DNA of 63,222 nucleotides, filler included, from Basidiobolus ranarum (Eukaryota): NCBI GenBank assembly GCA_040143965.1. It is 32 parts of 32 records of this genome, joined end to end, with 100 filler letters (N's around TTAATTAATTAA, not from the genome) between each part and the next. Parts side by side here need not be neighbours in the genome. Positions count along the whole stretch, not along the records: positions 61,351 to 63,222 come from JASJQH010004180.1; 31 more parts are not named here. One strand, 5' to 3'. Shown piece by piece: positions 61,574 to 63,222 of this stretch (position 1 is its first letter; each line of letters starts with the position of its first letter). The notes under the pieces were generated by a model. It saw only the letters and a program-made list of their open reading frames with translations, ran no database searches and was not told where the DNA came from. The position numbers and the translations under genes were made by a program.

Positions 61574-63222
61574 ATTACAATCTCTTCACTTGCACTAGCG
61601 CTGGAAAGTAACATATCAGGTAAATTGATTACTGCTTCATCATTACTTGAGTTAGTTTCCAGATTGTTAATGCCTTCCAAAGTGGATAGTGGATTGCTAG
61701 ACTGCTCATCAATTAAGTCCTCTGTTCTTGCTGGTTTTTTCCACTTATGCCAGCAGGCTTTGGCTTGGAAGCCAACTTTAACTTAGATTTTGAGTGCTTT
61801 TTGAATGGCATTGAAAGTTTCAGATGGTAAACTTGGTGTAATGAAAGTGCTTAGAAACAGCTTATAATATACCCAAATTGCCATCCATGCCCAGAAATAT
61901 CTTGGAAATCCCCTGATGACTCATCCATGACACTGTCTCAGAATCAGCTGATGATATTGTTGTGCTACACCTACAATATCACCCTAACATGGGAGGTGTT
62001 CTTTTTTCCACAATATCATTCTCATGCCACAACACAAACATTTAAAGAAGCCCTGCTATTAATATCAAAACTCTTTTGCTATCAAAGCCAGAGGCTTCAT
62101 AGAAAAAATAGTTAAAAGCATGGTCACTGTACAAAGCCACCAGCTGCACAAGGCCGGGTGCATAACAACAGTAATAAGAGCACTAAATAGACTTTAGTTT
62201 TGCCCATTGAGTCCACTCACTGTAGCTTGCCTCAAAGTTTTGGTAATGCTGCCAAAATTCCAGATACCTTGGAGTTACCACAGTTATATGACCAGAATGA
62301 AGTAGGTCAAAATGCAACTTTAGTTGAATCAATAAGTCCAGACAACTTTGAGGACTTGCTGCTAGATGTTGACCTTGGTTATTCCAGTACCAATGGTAGT
62401 ATATCAGAAGTTGAAGTAGAAGATGATGGTTTTGTTATAGACTCTGTGTTATTAGCAAACCTTAGTGCCCTCATAACACTTACTGTAAAGGAAGCAGCTT
62501 TAATTAATAAGGAGTGGAGAGTTTAATCGATTCTTAGCAACCAGGTGTTTATTGGTTTTCTTACACTTTTACCACAGTTGATTGGCAACTGTTGCTTGCC
62601 ATAGAACTGGTATAAGTGGAAAACACTTGTCAATCATATGACTTATAATCCTTCAGTAATTAAACTGCCTTCATGTCCAAATGGCTGTTAGGCTTTCACC
62701 AGCAATCTGAAAAACCTGAAGTCATGTACTGTTTGCACACAATTTGCAATCACTGAATCAGGTAAATATTGTTCATATTTGGCTTACATACCATTGATTC
62801 CCTGTCTTAAAGTTTTGATGTTATCACCCAAATATAGATCATTGATCCAATACCAATGTACTCACTGTAGAGCTGATACTATTACCAATATACTTGATGG
62901 ATATCACTACCAGAATCGGAAAAGTCAAGGTTTCTTTGAGCACACATATGATCATGCATTTGCATTGGCTCTGAATGGTTTCTCACTAAACAAATATACC
63001 ATTGGAAAGGCTTGTTGGCTATAATTTTAATCAACTTAACGCTTCCTCCTTCTGAACGGTATAAGAGTCATAATATTTTGATCCTATCCATCATATCTGG
63101 ACCTAAATCAACAGTGCTTATAGATAGCTTCTTGGAGCCTTTGATTGCGGAATTTGAAAGGTTATCTAATGGGGTTCAGATGGGTGAATATTTTATTAAA
63201 GCTAATATCATTGTATGTATTG
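61574..63222 (+). mobile_element. CMC interior: ORF-A start (ATG 61811, minus) and transposase 5' half (ATG 62024, plus)
   Basis: MPQHKHLKKPC N-terminus, acidic linker, LAYIPLIP, ALNGF, NLTLPPSERY. Confidence 0.9.

Overview
This window is not contiguous DNA. It is 32 short contigs (about 1887 down to 1872 bp, in descending length order) joined by 100-nt spacers (N44-TTAATTAATTAA-N44, stops in all six frames), so nothing can be inferred from adjacency across spacers. Most contigs look like an AT-rich, intron-rich fungus, probably early-diverging (Basidiobolus-like is my guess). About two thirds are nested, CpG-eroded transposon debris. That debris comprises one abundant CMC/EnSpm (Transposase_21-type) DNA transposon family with CCCTAACA termini and an apparent divergently transcribed second gene, several Ty1/copia families primed from the tRNAiMet anticodon arm, a probable Ty3/gypsy LTR, and a Harbinger-like MITE. 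Host genes are a complete tiny secreted six-cysteine prepropeptide plus partial genes for beta-carbonic anhydrase, GFA1, an ArfGAP, alkaline phosphatase, a Ted1-type metallophosphoesterase and an unknown coiled-coil protein. One contig is rDNA IGS/5'ETS plus the 18S start; it looks sordariomycete-like and RIP-mutated, so it may be foreign. There is also an ~83-bp satellite. All calls are by eye; no searches were run.
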